64,000 nucleotides of DNA from a virus, in IMG/VR virus record IMGVR_UViG_3300036770_005874, positions 5,073-69,072 of that record, one strand, 5' to 3'. A model generated the notes under the pieces. The model did no database searches and was not told the DNA's origin. It saw only the letters and a list, made by a program, of their open reading frames with translations. Within the stretch, counting starts at the first letter, position 1, and the number at the start of each line of letters is the position of its first letter. The position numbers were made by a program, and so were the translations under genes. Of the stretch, positions 47,516 to 57,730 are shown piece by piece.

Positions 47516-50500
47516 ATGAGTAACTACTTCGACCAGTTCGATGAGGCTGATGGCAGCCCGAAGTCTGCCAACTACTTCGACCAGTTCGACGAGAAGCCCG
47601 CAGCGTCGAAAGGCAGCTCCGATCAGAACACCTCCACCCTCGGTGACCTGGGCACCGACCTGAAGCGCGGTGTGCAGCAGCTTCCCGGCGTAGCTACCGG
47701 CCTTGCCGATGTGGTTGCCGGCGGTCTAACCAATCGCCGCTTCGCCGACGACCTGGCCGACCAGGCTGGTGAGCTGACCGGTTTCCAGCCAGAGAAGTGG
47801 GCCGAGGAGGCGCGCCAGGAGTACAGCCCCGAGCGGCAGGCTGCCCAGGCCGAGGTCAACCAGGCCTGGGAGGAAGGTGATGCGCTTGATGTTACCGGCG
47901 CTTATGTTCGCAACCCCAGAGTGATTGCAGGTCTTGTAGCCGAATCCGTTCCGCAGATGCTGGCCGGCGGCGCCATAGGTCGCGGTGCGCTGGCTGCTGG
48001 CCGGGCTACTGGCGCGATTTCTGCACCGGCTACGGCCATTCAAGCCGCGCGCCAAGCTGCCACAGCCGGCGCCGCCGGCGAGGGCGCAGTGGTCGCTGGC
48101 TCGACCATGAACCAGATCGATGAAGAGGTTGAGCCTCAGCGCGCTGCAGCTGCAGCTGTCGGAGCAGGTGTCGGCACGGCGCTGCTCGGCCGCGCTGGTG
48201 CTGCAGTTGTTCAGCGACTCGGGCTCACCGACGTGGATACTGCTATTGCCGGCGGCGTGCAGCGCACTGCAGCCGAGGCGCCAGGCCTTGGCCGTCGCCT
48301 GGCGGGTGGTGCCGCAGTCGAGGGCCTGCTCGAGGAGTTGCCGCAATCCGTTCAGGAGCAAATGTGGCGAAACTTCGCCGAGAACAAGGCACTGATGGAT
48401 GGCACGGGTCGCGCTGCGGTTGAGGGTGCCCTGGCCGGCAGTGTAATGGGCGCAGGCATCAACGTGCTCCCTGCACGCAAGCCGTCCGAGCAGATGGGCA
48501 TCGACCCAAACGCGGGGCCGCTGTCGGCTGCTGCCGCCACTGCGGTGGATGGCGGGCCGGCCGGTACACAGAGCCCTGTGATGGAGGCAGCCCGTCGGGC
48601 GCTGCTGGCTGGCGCGCCGCAGGAGCAGGCATCGGCGCCTTACCAGCCGGCCGATTTGCAGACCGCTGTGGCGCAGCAGCTGTTCCGCACCGAGATTGAC
48701 GAGACCAACCCGGGCGCGCTGCGCTTCTACCGCCGCGACAACGACCTGCAGAGCTGGGTCGAGGTACCGGAGCAGGAGGCGCTGGCCGCCGCCCAGGCGC
48801 GTATCCAAGAGGCTGAGCAATTCGGCGAGGATCCGCTGGGCCAGCGCTCGCCTCAGCAGCTGCTACCGGAGGTGGCGGCCGAGAGCGGCGCTGGTCAGGT
48901 CGAGGATGTGGAGGCCCTGCCGGCGTTCGAGCAAGGCGAGACCGTGGTCTGGGCGAACAAGGATTTCGACTACCCGGTTGAATTCCTCGGCTTCGAGGCG
49001 TCGCCTGGCGCCGATGGCCGCCAGTACGCGCGAGTGCGTGTGGCCGGGCGCGAAGGGCATGTGCCGGCCGCTGAGCTGCAGGCTCAGCCCGAGCAGGCGC
49101 CGCCGCTGCCAACTGTGGAGATGGACAGTGGCCCCCAGCAGACGGAGCAGGTGCAGGCCACGCCGGCCGCCGGCGATCCGGACTATGAGTACCGTGTGCA
49201 GAAGAACGGGCGCCCATTCAAGGGCCAGGGCGACGTGCGTCTGCGCAAGGCCCTCAACGATGCCATCGCCGCCGGCGAGAATCCGATGGTCGTGCAGCAT
49301 GAGGGTGGCTGGGCCGTGGCTGTGCCGCGCGCACCAGCCGAGCCTGCTGCGCCGCTGGCCTTGCCGGCGCCGAACACCATGGTGGTGGACGCCCAGGGCA
49401 ACACCCAGCGTGGGCCGGTCGAACCGTTCGTGGAGCCCGCTGCCAGGCTTCGGCCGCTGGGAGGTCCTGGCATGGAGCGCCAGGCGCCGCCGGCCAGCAG
49501 GGTCGACAAGGAGGCGAACGAAGCCGCTACCTCGCCGGCCAACGAGCTGCCGGAGCCGACTGAGGCGCAGAAGGAGGCCGGCAACTACCGCAAGGGCCAT
49601 GTGCGCGTGGCTGGCCTTGATATCTCGATCGAGAACCCGCGAGGCTCGGAGCGCGCCGGGCGCCGTCCCGATGGTAGCGAGTGGCGCCACACGATGAGCG
49701 ACCACTACGGCTACATCCGCCGTACAGAGGGCGCCGATGGCGAGCAGGTCGATGTTTACCTGGGCCCACAGGGAGATAGCGGCCAGGTGTTCGTCGTTGA
49801 CCAGCTGAACCAGGGCGATGGCAGCTTCGACGAGCACAAGGTGATGATCGGCTTCCCGAGCCAGGAGGCGGCGGTCTCGGCCTACCGGAGCAACTTCGAC
49901 GCCGACTGGAAGGTCGGGCCTGTCACCTCCATGCCCATGGATCAGTTCAAGTCCTGGCTGAAGGGGGGCGATCTGCGCAAGCCGCTTGCTGCGCCGGCGT
50001 CGGCGCAGGAGCAACGCGCGGCGTCCAAGGGGCCGCGGCGCCGGGTCGATCGTGAGCGTGACTCCCTGCTGCAGGCTGTCATCCGTCTCGGCGGCATCAA
50101 GACTGAGTGGCGCCAGGACACCACCGGCGAGAGCAAGGGGAATCGCCATCTTCCGGGCGTCGGTGCCCTCTGGAGCGACAAGACCGGGACCAGCATCGAC
50201 GACATGGCCAGTCAGCTGGATCAATACGGCTATCTGCCTGCCGGCGAGATGGACAACCTGGGTGGTGTACCATGGCTGCAGCAGGCGATCCGCGACGAAC
50301 TGGCCGGAATCCGCTACTACGCAGCAGAGTCCGCCGCCCAGCAGGAGCAGATGGAGCGTGAGCTGCAGCAGCGCTACGCTGATGAGGCTGAGCGGGAGCG
50401 GCAGCAGTTCGAGGCGTACCTGGCTCAGGTGGAAAGCGAGTATGGTGCGGCCCTGGCCAACAGGTTGCGCGAGCACCAGCAGGCTGCCGAGGCCCTGGAC

Positions 50501-53500
50501 AATCAGTTGCTGGCCGAGGCACAGCGCTACGAGGATGAGTATGACGAGCGAGAAGACAGTCGAGCCGAAAGCCTTGAGTACGGACCAGGAGCTGCTGGCC
50601 AAGCAGCTGTGGAAGGAGAGTCCTTACGGCAAGCTGATGACGGACAAGATAGCCAGCAGCGAGCGCCTGCGGGATCTGGCCAAGGCCAAGCTGGAGAACC
50701 AACCGGCTTCAGCCTCGAACAGCAAACCGAAGAAAGCCTGAGGGAGCAGGCCGCCCAACAGCAGGCGGCCGAGAAGGCAGATGCCGAGGCGCAACGCCAG
50801 GCCGAGCAGAAGGCGCAGGCTGACCGCGATCGCGCCGACTTCACCCTCTCTGGGTCTGATCGTCCCGCCGATGTCGCCGAGGCGCGCGGCCAGAACGATA
50901 TGTTTGCGCCACGCACCCGGGGCGACGCCAAGAAGATCGAGGATTTTGGCGAGAAGCTGCTGGGAGCGCGGAAGTTCCAGACGTTCAGCCAGCGCATGGA
51001 TGAAGCCAAGGCGCTGGACGTGAAGGCTGTTCCCCTATCGAAGTCCTGGCCTGAGCCGGATTACCAGGCGCTGCTGGCCGATGGCGCTGATCCCTGGGCG
51101 GTAGGTTTTCTGCGCGCGGCTCGCGAAGAAGTCCCGAACAAACCCAGCAAGGGCTGGAAGGTCGAGCGCTGGGCAGAGCAAGTGACCAAGCTTCGCGACA
51201 TGGCCACCAAGGTCGCAGCCGATCCCGACTATGCAGTGAGGGTGAAGGCTCGCGCCGGAGATGCGACGGGGCTCGATAAGGGATTCCTCGGCCGGGTCGA
51301 GCTCTACGAGCGCTTTGGTCACGACGTGCCGCTGAAAGGCATGAAGCTTCACTCCAGCTACTTCAGCCTGTATCGCGGCGAGAAGGACGTGACGAAGTGG
51401 ATCGTCGATGGCCCGAACGAGCGTAACCGGCTGAGCAACTGGCCTGTCGAGTACGCCGTAGCCGATACCAAGGAGGCCGTGATCGAGGCTTTCGCCAAGG
51501 TGCACGCCAAGCTGAAGGCGAAGGGCGAAGAGGCCGACGTCGGCCCGAAGATCCGCTTCGATATCTTCAGCGATCGCTACACCAAGTCGGTGTTCATCGG
51601 TAAGAAGAACGGCAAGCGCGTGGTGAAGATGAAGAACTTCCCCGACGTGCAGGCCGCGCGCGACTACCTCAAGAGCAACCAGGCCGAGCTGGAAGCCCAG
51701 TACGAGCGGATGAAGCAGCTGCCGGCGGTGCGCGGCGAGGACAACGCACCGCGAGTAGGTTCCGACTACCGTAACGGGCTGGACGTGACGCCTGAGCTGT
51801 TCAGCGAGACATTCGGCTTCCGCGGGGTGCAGTTCGGCAACTACGTTGAGGGGCGTCGCCGGCAGCAGGACCTCAATGACGCCTTCGATGCCCTGATGGA
51901 CATGGCGGGCGTGCTGAATATTCCGCCCAGGGCGCTCTCGCTAAATGGCGAGTTGGGACTGGCGTTCGGCGCGCGCGGGACTGGCGGGCCGGACCCGGCC
52001 ATGGCGCACTACGAGCGTGACCAGGTGGTGATCAACCTGACCAAGGCGAAGGGAGCAGGCTCGCTTGGCCATGAGTGGTGGCACTCCCTGGACAACTACC
52101 TCAGCCGGGCGCGTGGGGCACCTGACGGCATGCTGAGCGAGGCCGCCTATGAGCGTGGCACCGGCGTACGGCCGGAGATCGTCGAAGCCTTTGCCAACAT
52201 CAACAAGGCCATCAATCGCACCCAGCTGCGCCAGCGCTCCGAAAAGATGGACGAGCTGCGCACCAAGGACTATTGGTCTACCAAGCTGGAAATGACTGCC
52301 CGCGCCTTCGAGAGCTACCTGATCGCGAAGCTGAATGAGGGCGGTGTGCGTAGTGATTACCTGGCCAACGTCGTCAGCGAGCAGGCGTTCGAGCTGGAGG
52401 ACTCCTATCCATACCCGACTGCTGCCGAGATTCCAGAGATCCGCGCCGCCTACGACGAGCTGTTCCGGGTGATCGAGACCCGCCAGGACGACAAGGGAAA
52501 TGTTGCCCTGTATCGGCTTAATCCCGACGAGCCGATGCTGCGGCTCAATCCTGGTAGTGCCAAGGGTATTCCGCCTGTCAGCGCCAAGGCGATCGCCCAG
52601 CAGGTGCAGGAGGCTACCGGTCTCCGCGCCCTAGTGGTCGACACCGAGTTCGCTCTACCCATGCCAGTGCTTGAGCAGGTGCTGCGTGACGGCGCCGTGG
52701 GTAGGGTCGCTGGCGTGTACCACAACGGCCAGGCCTACCTGGTGGCGTCGAACCTGCAGAGCGCCAAGCATGCTCAGGAGGTTCTGCTGCATGAGGTCGT
52801 AGGCCACCAGGGCGTGCGCGCCGTGCTGGGCAGCCGCACTGCCAAGGTGATGGAGCAGATCTATGTCGACATGCCGGCCGCAGATCGGCGCGAGCTGGAG
52901 GAGCGTTACGCTGGTCAGCTCGAAAACCTCAGCGAGCAGGAGCAGCGCATCACCGTCGCGGAGGAGTACGTAGCCCACCTGGCGGAAACCAATCCGCAGC
53001 ACAGCCTGATCCAGCGCCTGGTGGCCATGGTCCGAGCCGCTCTGCGGCGTTTGTTCGGCGCTACCGGCGCGCTGAGCTGGACCAACGCCGATATTGTCGC
53101 GCTTCTGGCTGACTCCCGGCGCATGGTCTCCGGTAGCGTTCAGACTTCTGTGCCGGCGCCCCAGTCGGCAGCAGCGGTCAACTACCGGCAGAAGCCGGTG
53201 GAGCCGCGGCCTGTTGCTCTGCTGCATGTGGAGGAGATGGATGTAACTGATGCCATCGATGAGCTGGCTGGGCAGGATGGCACGCAGGCCTTCGCGCGTA
53301 GCCTGTACCGCGCCAGGGGCACCGACTCGCCATTCTTTCAGCGCTGGTTCAAGGGCTCCCGTATGGCGGATCGAACCGGCCGCCCGATTGCCTTCTACCA
53401 CCGCAGTTTCGGCGAGAAGGACCGTTTCGACGACACTCGCTTGGGCGGCAAGACCGGCACTGGCACCGCGGCGTTGGGCCATTTCCTGGCACGCCAGGAC

Positions 53501-56464
53501 GTTGGCAACGTCGAGCGATATGGGCCGGTCGTCGAGCGCTTCTTCGTGCGCATGCGCAAGCCGAAGGTTGTCAGCCAGCAGCAATTCGAGGCGATGGGCG
53601 ACTGGACGGATGCCCAGATCAAGGCCTATCGCAAGACGACGATGGAGCAGGGGCACGATGGCCTGTACATCCTGGGGCTGGACTGGCCGGTGGTGTTCGA
53701 GGGTAAGAACATCAAGGCGGTGCGGAACAGCGGAACCTTCGACGAGAGCGACCAGGTGCGCTACAGCCTGACCCAAGACGCCGGCGACCTGTTCAGCCGC
53801 TTTGGCCGGCGCCCGGCCGACCTGAATGATCCTTTCGCTGAAGAGAACCGGCGCCTGCGCGAGCAGGACAAGACTCTGTGGAGCCGAGCCAAGCAGCAGT
53901 TCCGCCGGCAATTCGCCCCGGGCGGGCTGCTGCCGGAGGCGGTTTTCTCGGAGAAGATCCGACGCGACAGCGAATTCCAAGCGGTCGAGTTCGATGTGCG
54001 ACACCTGGCTGGCGGGCTGGAACAGGCGGTACAGGCAGATTTCGGTTCCCCGATCGACCAGTTGCCAGAGGCGCAGATGAAGCCACTGGCGGAAGCGCTA
54101 GCGGGCCGGGTAGACCCGGCGCTGCCGCAGCGCACTCGCGAGGCGGTGGTAGCCATGCGGCAGTACATCGACACGCTGTCGGGCGAGTACATCGGCATCC
54201 TGCAGCAGCAGGTGGAGCAGAACCTGAAGGACGCAGACCCGGCTCTGGTGGAGACCATCACCCGCAACCTGGGCAGCTACGTGCATCGTTCCTACCGTGC
54301 CTTCGATGATGCGAAGTGGTTCGAGAAGGTGCCGACTGAGACCCTGAATGCCGCGCGCCGCTACCTGGCCAACCAGTACGCAGGCCAAGGCGCAACCTCC
54401 CAAGAGGCCCTGCGTATGGCCGACGTGAAGGTCAACGAGCTGCTCAAGACCGGCACAGCCTATAGCTCGATGGAGTCGATGATTGCCGAGGGCATGCTCG
54501 GCGCCAAGGACCTGAGCGTGCTGATCAAGCGGAAGGAGATCGCGCCGGAGATCCGCGCGCTGCTGGGGGAGTACATCGACCCCCGGGTGAACTTCGCGAA
54601 GTCCGCCACCAAGATGGGTCGCCTGATCTGGAACCAGCGCTTCCTCGATCGCACCCGCGCGCAGGGCATGGGCGCCTTCCTTTTCGAGGAGGGCGATCGT
54701 CCAGCTGGCGCCACCGAGCAGCTGGCCGGGGAGCAGTCAGACACCTATGCACCTCTGAACGGTCTCTGGACCTTCCCTGAGGTGGCCCAGGCCTTTCGCG
54801 ATGCCATGGGCAAGGAGCAGATGAGCGATCTGTATCGCGCCGTCGTGCGGATCAACGGCATGGTGAAGTACGGCAAGACCGTGCTCAGTCCAACCACGGC
54901 GATGCGTAACTGGCAGTCGGCGCTGTTCTTTAGCCTGGCAAACGGCCACTTCGACCTGACCCAGATGAAGAAGAGTCTGGCAGCTTTCCGTGAGCAGGTT
55001 GCCCAGAACGCCACCGGCGAAGACCTGACCTACCTGCGCAAGCTGAAACAGCTGGGCGTGGTGTATGACACCCCCTACGCCGGTGAGATGGCGCGCCTGC
55101 TTGAGGACGCTAGGTTGGACGAGCTGCTGGACGGCAAGACTGGCACTGGCCTGAAGTGGTTGCGCAAGGTCAACCAGGCGGCCCAGGGCTTCTACTCGTT
55201 CGGCGATGACTTCTGGAAGATCATCGGCTTCGAGAATGAGAAGGCCGGCCTGCAGAAGGCCGGTTTCAGCGAGGCTGAGGCCGAGCGCATGGCCGCCGAG
55301 CGAATCCGCAATACCTACCCGACCTACTCGATGGTTGGTCGCGGCATCGACTGGCTGCGCCGTTTCCCGCTGATGGGCACCTTCGTCAGCTTCCCGGCCG
55401 AGATCGTCAGGACGACGGTGAATATGATGCGGCTGACGTCCGCCGATCTGAAGAGCGGCAACCCTGAGTTGCAGGCACTCGGTCGTCGGCGCGCGGTCGG
55501 CATGGCCATGGTTTCGGCCGGCTTCTACGCGCTCTCGGCCATGACTGCCGCGGCGTTTGGTGTGGATGACGAAGAGGAGGAGGCTCTGCGCGATCTGGCG
55601 CCGGACTGGCAGAAGAACTCCACCTTCCTTTACGCAGGCCGCGACGCTGACGGCAAGCTGCGCTATTTCGATATGAGCTTCCTTGATCCCTATGGGTACT
55701 GGAAGCGTCCTCTGACAGCGATGATGCGCGACCAGCCGTGGGAGAAGGCTGCAGCCAGCGGCCTGGGTGACATGTTGGCTCCGTTCCTGGGCGCCGACAT
55801 CGCCGCCGGCGCGCTGTTTGAGGTGATGGCGAACAAAAAAGGGAGCGGCGGGCTCGTCTACCAAGAGAACGGCGATCCGGTCGATCAGACCTTGGATATC
55901 GCCAATCACCTGCGCAAAGCACTGCAGCCTGGATTCGTGAGTAACGCCGAGCGCTTGGTGCTGGCTGGGCAGGGGGTACGAAGGGAGGGTAGTGGGCAGG
56001 CCTACGACCTGCGCGATGAGGTGGTGAGCCTGCTGGGCTGGCGCGCATCGACAACCGATGCCAGAACCGCGCTGCACTATCGTGCATACGAGTTCGGCGA
56101 CGCTCTGGCCGAGTCGCGGCAGGTGCTGACCCGCGAGCTACGCAGCCAGAACAAGGTGGGCGAGGAGGACATCCGGGATGCCCGCGAAACGGCCGAGCGG
56201 CAGTACCAGCAGGCTTTCCGTGAGATGAATCGTCTGGTGCAGGCTGCACAGACGGCGGGGATGAGCCGCCCGCAGGTCATGCAGACCCTGCGGATGAGCG
56301 GTGTTTCGTCGGCTGACGTCGCGCAGCTGATGCGGGGAGAGGCTCCGCGCTTCCGGCTTGGGCCAACTGCCATGGGGCGTGCAGTGCAGCAGGCTCGCCT
56401 GGTGGGTGGGCAGGCGCATGCAGAGGAGGTGGCCAGGCGATACCGGCTGGCTATGAGTCTCTAG
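47516..56464 (+). CDS. Large polyvalent virion/ejection protein (~2980 aa)
   Basis: Inorganic-pyrophosphatase-like (IENPRGS..HYGYI..DGEQVDV), LPD1-like (VQFGNY, LAFGARG, HEWWH, EMTARAFE), zincin HEVVGH and ART-like (FYHRS..GHF) segments. Confidence 0.88.
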   Translation: MSNYFDQFDEADGSPKSANYFDQFDEKPAASKGSSDQNTSTLGDLGTDLKRGVQQLPGVATGLADVVAGGLTNRRFADDLADQAGELTGFQPEKWAEEARQEYSPERQAAQAEVNQAWEEGDALDVTGAYVRNPRVIAGLVAESVPQMLAGGAIGRGALAAGRATGAISAPATAIQAARQAATAGAAGEGAVVAGSTMNQIDEEVEPQRAAAAAVGAGVGTALLGRAGAAVVQRLGLTDVDTAIAGGVQRTAAEAPGLGRRLAGGAAVEGLLEELPQSVQEQMWRNFAENKALMDGTGRAAVEGALAGSVMGAGINVLPARKPSEQMGIDPNAGPLSAAAATAVDGGPAGTQSPVMEAARRALLAGAPQEQASAPYQPADLQTAVAQQLFRTEIDETNPGALRFYRRDNDLQSWVEVPEQEALAAAQARIQEAEQFGEDPLGQRSPQQLLPEVAAESGAGQVEDVEALPAFEQGETVVWANKDFDYPVEFLGFEASPGADGRQYARVRVAGREGHVPAAELQAQPEQAPPLPTVEMDSGPQQTEQVQATPAAGDPDYEYRVQKNGRPFKGQGDVRLRKALNDAIAAGENPMVVQHEGGWAVAVPRAPAEPAAPLALPAPNTMVVDAQGNTQRGPVEPFVEPAARLRPLGGPGMERQAPPASRVDKEANEAATSPANELPEPTEAQKEAGNYRKGHVRVAGLDISIENPRGSERAGRRPDGSEWRHTMSDHYGYIRRTEGADGEQVDVYLGPQGDSGQVFVVDQLNQGDGSFDEHKVMIGFPSQEAAVSAYRSNFDADWKVGPVTSMPMDQFKSWLKGGDLRKPLAAPASAQEQRAASKGPRRRVDRERDSLLQAVIRLGGIKTEWRQDTTGESKGNRHLPGVGALWSDKTGTSIDDMASQLDQYGYLPAGEMDNLGGVPWLQQAIRDELAGIRYYAAESAAQQEQMERELQQRYADEAERERQQFEAYLAQVESEYGAALANRLREHQQAAEALDNQLLAEAQRYEDEYDEREDSRAESLEYGPGAAGQAAVEGESLRQADDGQDSQQRAPAGSGQGQAGEPTGFSLEQQTEESLREQAAQQQAAEKADAEAQRQAEQKAQADRDRADFTLSGSDRPADVAEARGQNDMFAPRTRGDAKKIEDFGEKLLGARKFQTFSQRMDEAKALDVKAVPLSKSWPEPDYQALLADGADPWAVGFLRAAREEVPNKPSKGWKVERWAEQVTKLRDMATKVAADPDYAVRVKARAGDATGLDKGFLGRVELYERFGHDVPLKGMKLHSSYFSLYRGEKDVTKWIVDGPNERNRLSNWPVEYAVADTKEAVIEAFAKVHAKLKAKGEEADVGPKIRFDIFSDRYTKSVFIGKKNGKRVVKMKNFPDVQAARDYLKSNQAELEAQYERMKQLPAVRGEDNAPRVGSDYRNGLDVTPELFSETFGFRGVQFGNYVEGRRRQQDLNDAFDALMDMAGVLNIPPRALSLNGELGLAFGARGTGGPDPAMAHYERDQVVINLTKAKGAGSLGHEWWHSLDNYLSRARGAPDGMLSEAAYERGTGVRPEIVEAFANINKAINRTQLRQRSEKMDELRTKDYWSTKLEMTARAFESYLIAKLNEGGVRSDYLANVVSEQAFELEDSYPYPTAAEIPEIRAAYDELFRVIETRQDDKGNVALYRLNPDEPMLRLNPGSAKGIPPVSAKAIAQQVQEATGLRALVVDTEFALPMPVLEQVLRDGAVGRVAGVYHNGQAYLVASNLQSAKHAQEVLLHEVVGHQGVRAVLGSRTAKVMEQIYVDMPAADRRELEERYAGQLENLSEQEQRITVAEEYVAHLAETNPQHSLIQRLVAMVRAALRRLFGATGALSWTNADIVALLADSRRMVSGSVQTSVPAPQSAAAVNYRQKPVEPRPVALLHVEEMDVTDAIDELAGQDGTQAFARSLYRARGTDSPFFQRWFKGSRMADRTGRPIAFYHRSFGEKDRFDDTRLGGKTGTGTAALGHFLARQDVGNVERYGPVVERFFVRMRKPKVVSQQQFEAMGDWTDAQIKAYRKTTMEQGHDGLYILGLDWPVVFEGKNIKAVRNSGTFDESDQVRYSLTQDAGDLFSRFGRRPADLNDPFAEENRRLREQDKTLWSRAKQQFRRQFAPGGLLPEAVFSEKIRRDSEFQAVEFDVRHLAGGLEQAVQADFGSPIDQLPEAQMKPLAEALAGRVDPALPQRTREAVVAMRQYIDTLSGEYIGILQQQVEQNLKDADPALVETITRNLGSYVHRSYRAFDDAKWFEKVPTETLNAARRYLANQYAGQGATSQEALRMADVKVNELLKTGTAYSSMESMIAEGMLGAKDLSVLIKRKEIAPEIRALLGEYIDPRVNFAKSATKMGRLIWNQRFLDRTRAQGMGAFLFEEGDRPAGATEQLAGEQSDTYAPLNGLWTFPEVAQAFRDAMGKEQMSDLYRAVVRINGMVKYGKTVLSPTTAMRNWQSALFFSLANGHFDLTQMKKSLAAFREQVAQNATGEDLTYLRKLKQLGVVYDTPYAGEMARLLEDARLDELLDGKTGTGLKWLRKVNQAAQGFYSFGDDFWKIIGFENEKAGLQKAGFSEAEAERMAAERIRNTYPTYSMVGRGIDWLRRFPLMGTFVSFPAEIVRTTVNMMRLTSADLKSGNPELQALGRRRAVGMAMVSAGFYALSAMTAAAFGVDDEEEEALRDLAPDWQKNSTFLYAGRDADGKLRYFDMSFLDPYGYWKRPLTAMMRDQPWEKAAASGLGDMLAPFLGADIAAGALFEVMANKKGSGGLVYQENGDPVDQTLDIANHLRKALQPGFVSNAERLVLAGQGVRREGSGQAYDLRDEVVSLLGWRASTTDARTALHYRAYEFGDALAESRQVLTRELRSQNKVGEEDIRDARETAERQYQQAFREMNRLVQAAQTAGMSRPQVMQTLRMSGVSSADVAQLMRGEAPRFRLGPTAMGRAVQQARLVGGQAHAEEVARRYRLAMSL
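50541..50741 (+). CDS. Overprinted small protein (66 aa) inside giant gene
   Basis: GAGGA RBS; GC3-rich codons switch from the main frame to this frame over exactly this span. Confidence 0.6.
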   Translation: MTSEKTVEPKALSTDQELLAKQLWKESPYGKLMTDKIASSERLRDLAKAKLENQPASASNSKPKKA

Positions 56465-56919
56465 CCGTTGCGCAGCTCTTCCCAGTTCGGCGCCGGCGCG
56501 GCCTCGATCGCTACCGGCCAGCGGTCGTGGGCCCAGGCGAAGCCGGCCGGCGCTGGGCCGGTGACCAGGTAGACGCGGCGCTGCGCATCCTCACCCACCA
56601 CCAGCGCCTCCAGGCGTGCGCCGCCGGCCGATTCGAACCAGTGGGAGACCTTCTCCTCGTCCTTCTCCATGAAGGCGTCGACAGGAACGGCGGCTGGCTG
56701 GGGGCTGTACTTCTGCCATCGGCCCTCGGTTATCGACTCCGTGCGCGCCCATCCACCAGCCGGGCCATGGCCTGGCTCTTCTCTCCGGCGCCCCCAGGGC
56801 AGCCATTCCACGCCGCTATCGGTCAGTACCGGCAGCGCCGCCTTCGGGTTGGGGAAGTAGATCCTGATCGGCTTCCCGTCGCGGGTGTACTCGCCCGCAA
56901 TCCTCACCCCTCCGCACAT
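56461..56919 (-). CDS. SRAP-like (SOS response-associated peptidase) protein
   Basis: N-terminal MCG, ARTE, HDRWP; divergent from umuD. Confidence 0.75.
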   Translation of the reverse strand: MCGGVRIAGEYTRDGKPIRIYFPNPKAALPVLTDSGVEWLPWGRRREEPGHGPAGGWARTESITEGRWQKYSPQPAAVPVDAFMEKDEEKVSHWFESAGGARLEALVVGEDAQRRVYLVTGPAPAGFAWAHDRWPVAIEAAPAPNWEELRNG

Positions 56920-56964
56920 CGCATTCCCTCCTGATTCCGTTGACGGCCGCCTGCTTGCTGAATA

Positions 56965-56980
56965 CTGTATTTATATACAG
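56965..56980. promoter_or_regulatory. LexA (SOS) box
   Basis: CTGTATTTATATACAG. Confidence 0.92.
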
Positions 56981-56999
56981 TTAATTCAGGCATTCAACC

Positions 57000-57437
57000 G
57001 TGGACAGCTTTACCATCCTCGGCCCCGTCGCGCCCTCGTCGGTCTCCATTCCCTTCTTTCTGCCGTCCATCCCGGCCGGCTTCCCAAGCCCCGCCCAGGA
57101 TCACCTCGAGCAGCGCATTTCGCTGGATGAGCTTTTCGGCCTGCACCGCCCGCAGATCTATCTGGTGCGCGTAGCCGGCAACAGCCTGCAGGGGCTCGGC
57201 ATCCATGATGCCGACCTGGTGCTGATCGACAAGGCGCTTACACCTCGCCGCGGCGACGTCGTGGTGGCCTGCGTGAACGGCGAACCGCTGTTGAAGATCC
57301 TCGGCGGCGACAAGCATCAGGTCATCCTGCTGTCCGCCAACCCTCAGTATCCGCCGCGCTACATCATGGAGTCCGAGGAGTTCCAGATCTGGGGCGTTTA
57401 CATCGGCCTATGCCGGGTAGGGCGCGCCAGTGGCTGA
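57000..57437 (+). CDS. umuD: UmuD/RulA
   Basis: [24 protein letters not shown]. Confidence 0.9.
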   Translation: MDSFTILGPVAPSSVSIPFFLPSIPAGFPSPAQDHLEQRISLDELFGLHRPQIYLVRVAGNSLQGLGIHDADLVLIDKALTPRRGDVVVACVNGEPLLKILGGDKHQVILLSANPQYPPRYIMESEEFQIWGVYIGLCRVGRASG

Positions 57438-57675
57438 GCGAGCCTTCGCCCTGATCGACTGCAACTCGTTCTACTGTAGCTGTGAGCGGGTCTTCCGCCC
57501 GGAGCTGGCTCGCACGCCCATCGTGGTGCTGAGCAATAACGACGGGTGTGTGGTGAGCCGCACGGCCGAGGCAAAGGCGCTGGGCGTGAAGATGGGCGAG
57601 CCCTGGCACCAGATCCGGAAACGCTACGAGGCGGCCGGCGGCTTGGCTTTCAGCTCGAACTACGCGCTGTATTAA
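57430..57675 (+). pseudogene. umuC: umuC/rulB 5' fragment
   Basis: [13 protein letters not shown]...SNNDGC...FSSNYALY, then a stop supplied by the insertion. Confidence 0.92.
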
Positions 57676-57730
57676 GTTAGGTGGAATGCTTTTGAGCTAG
57701 GCTGAATCCGTTGACGCTCAGGGGGCGCCC

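Noticed and set aside
45828-47589. 20-bp inverted repeats as an invertible segment
   Set aside because: No invertase nearby and inversion would separate the giant gene from its promoter; better explained as a shared peptide motif
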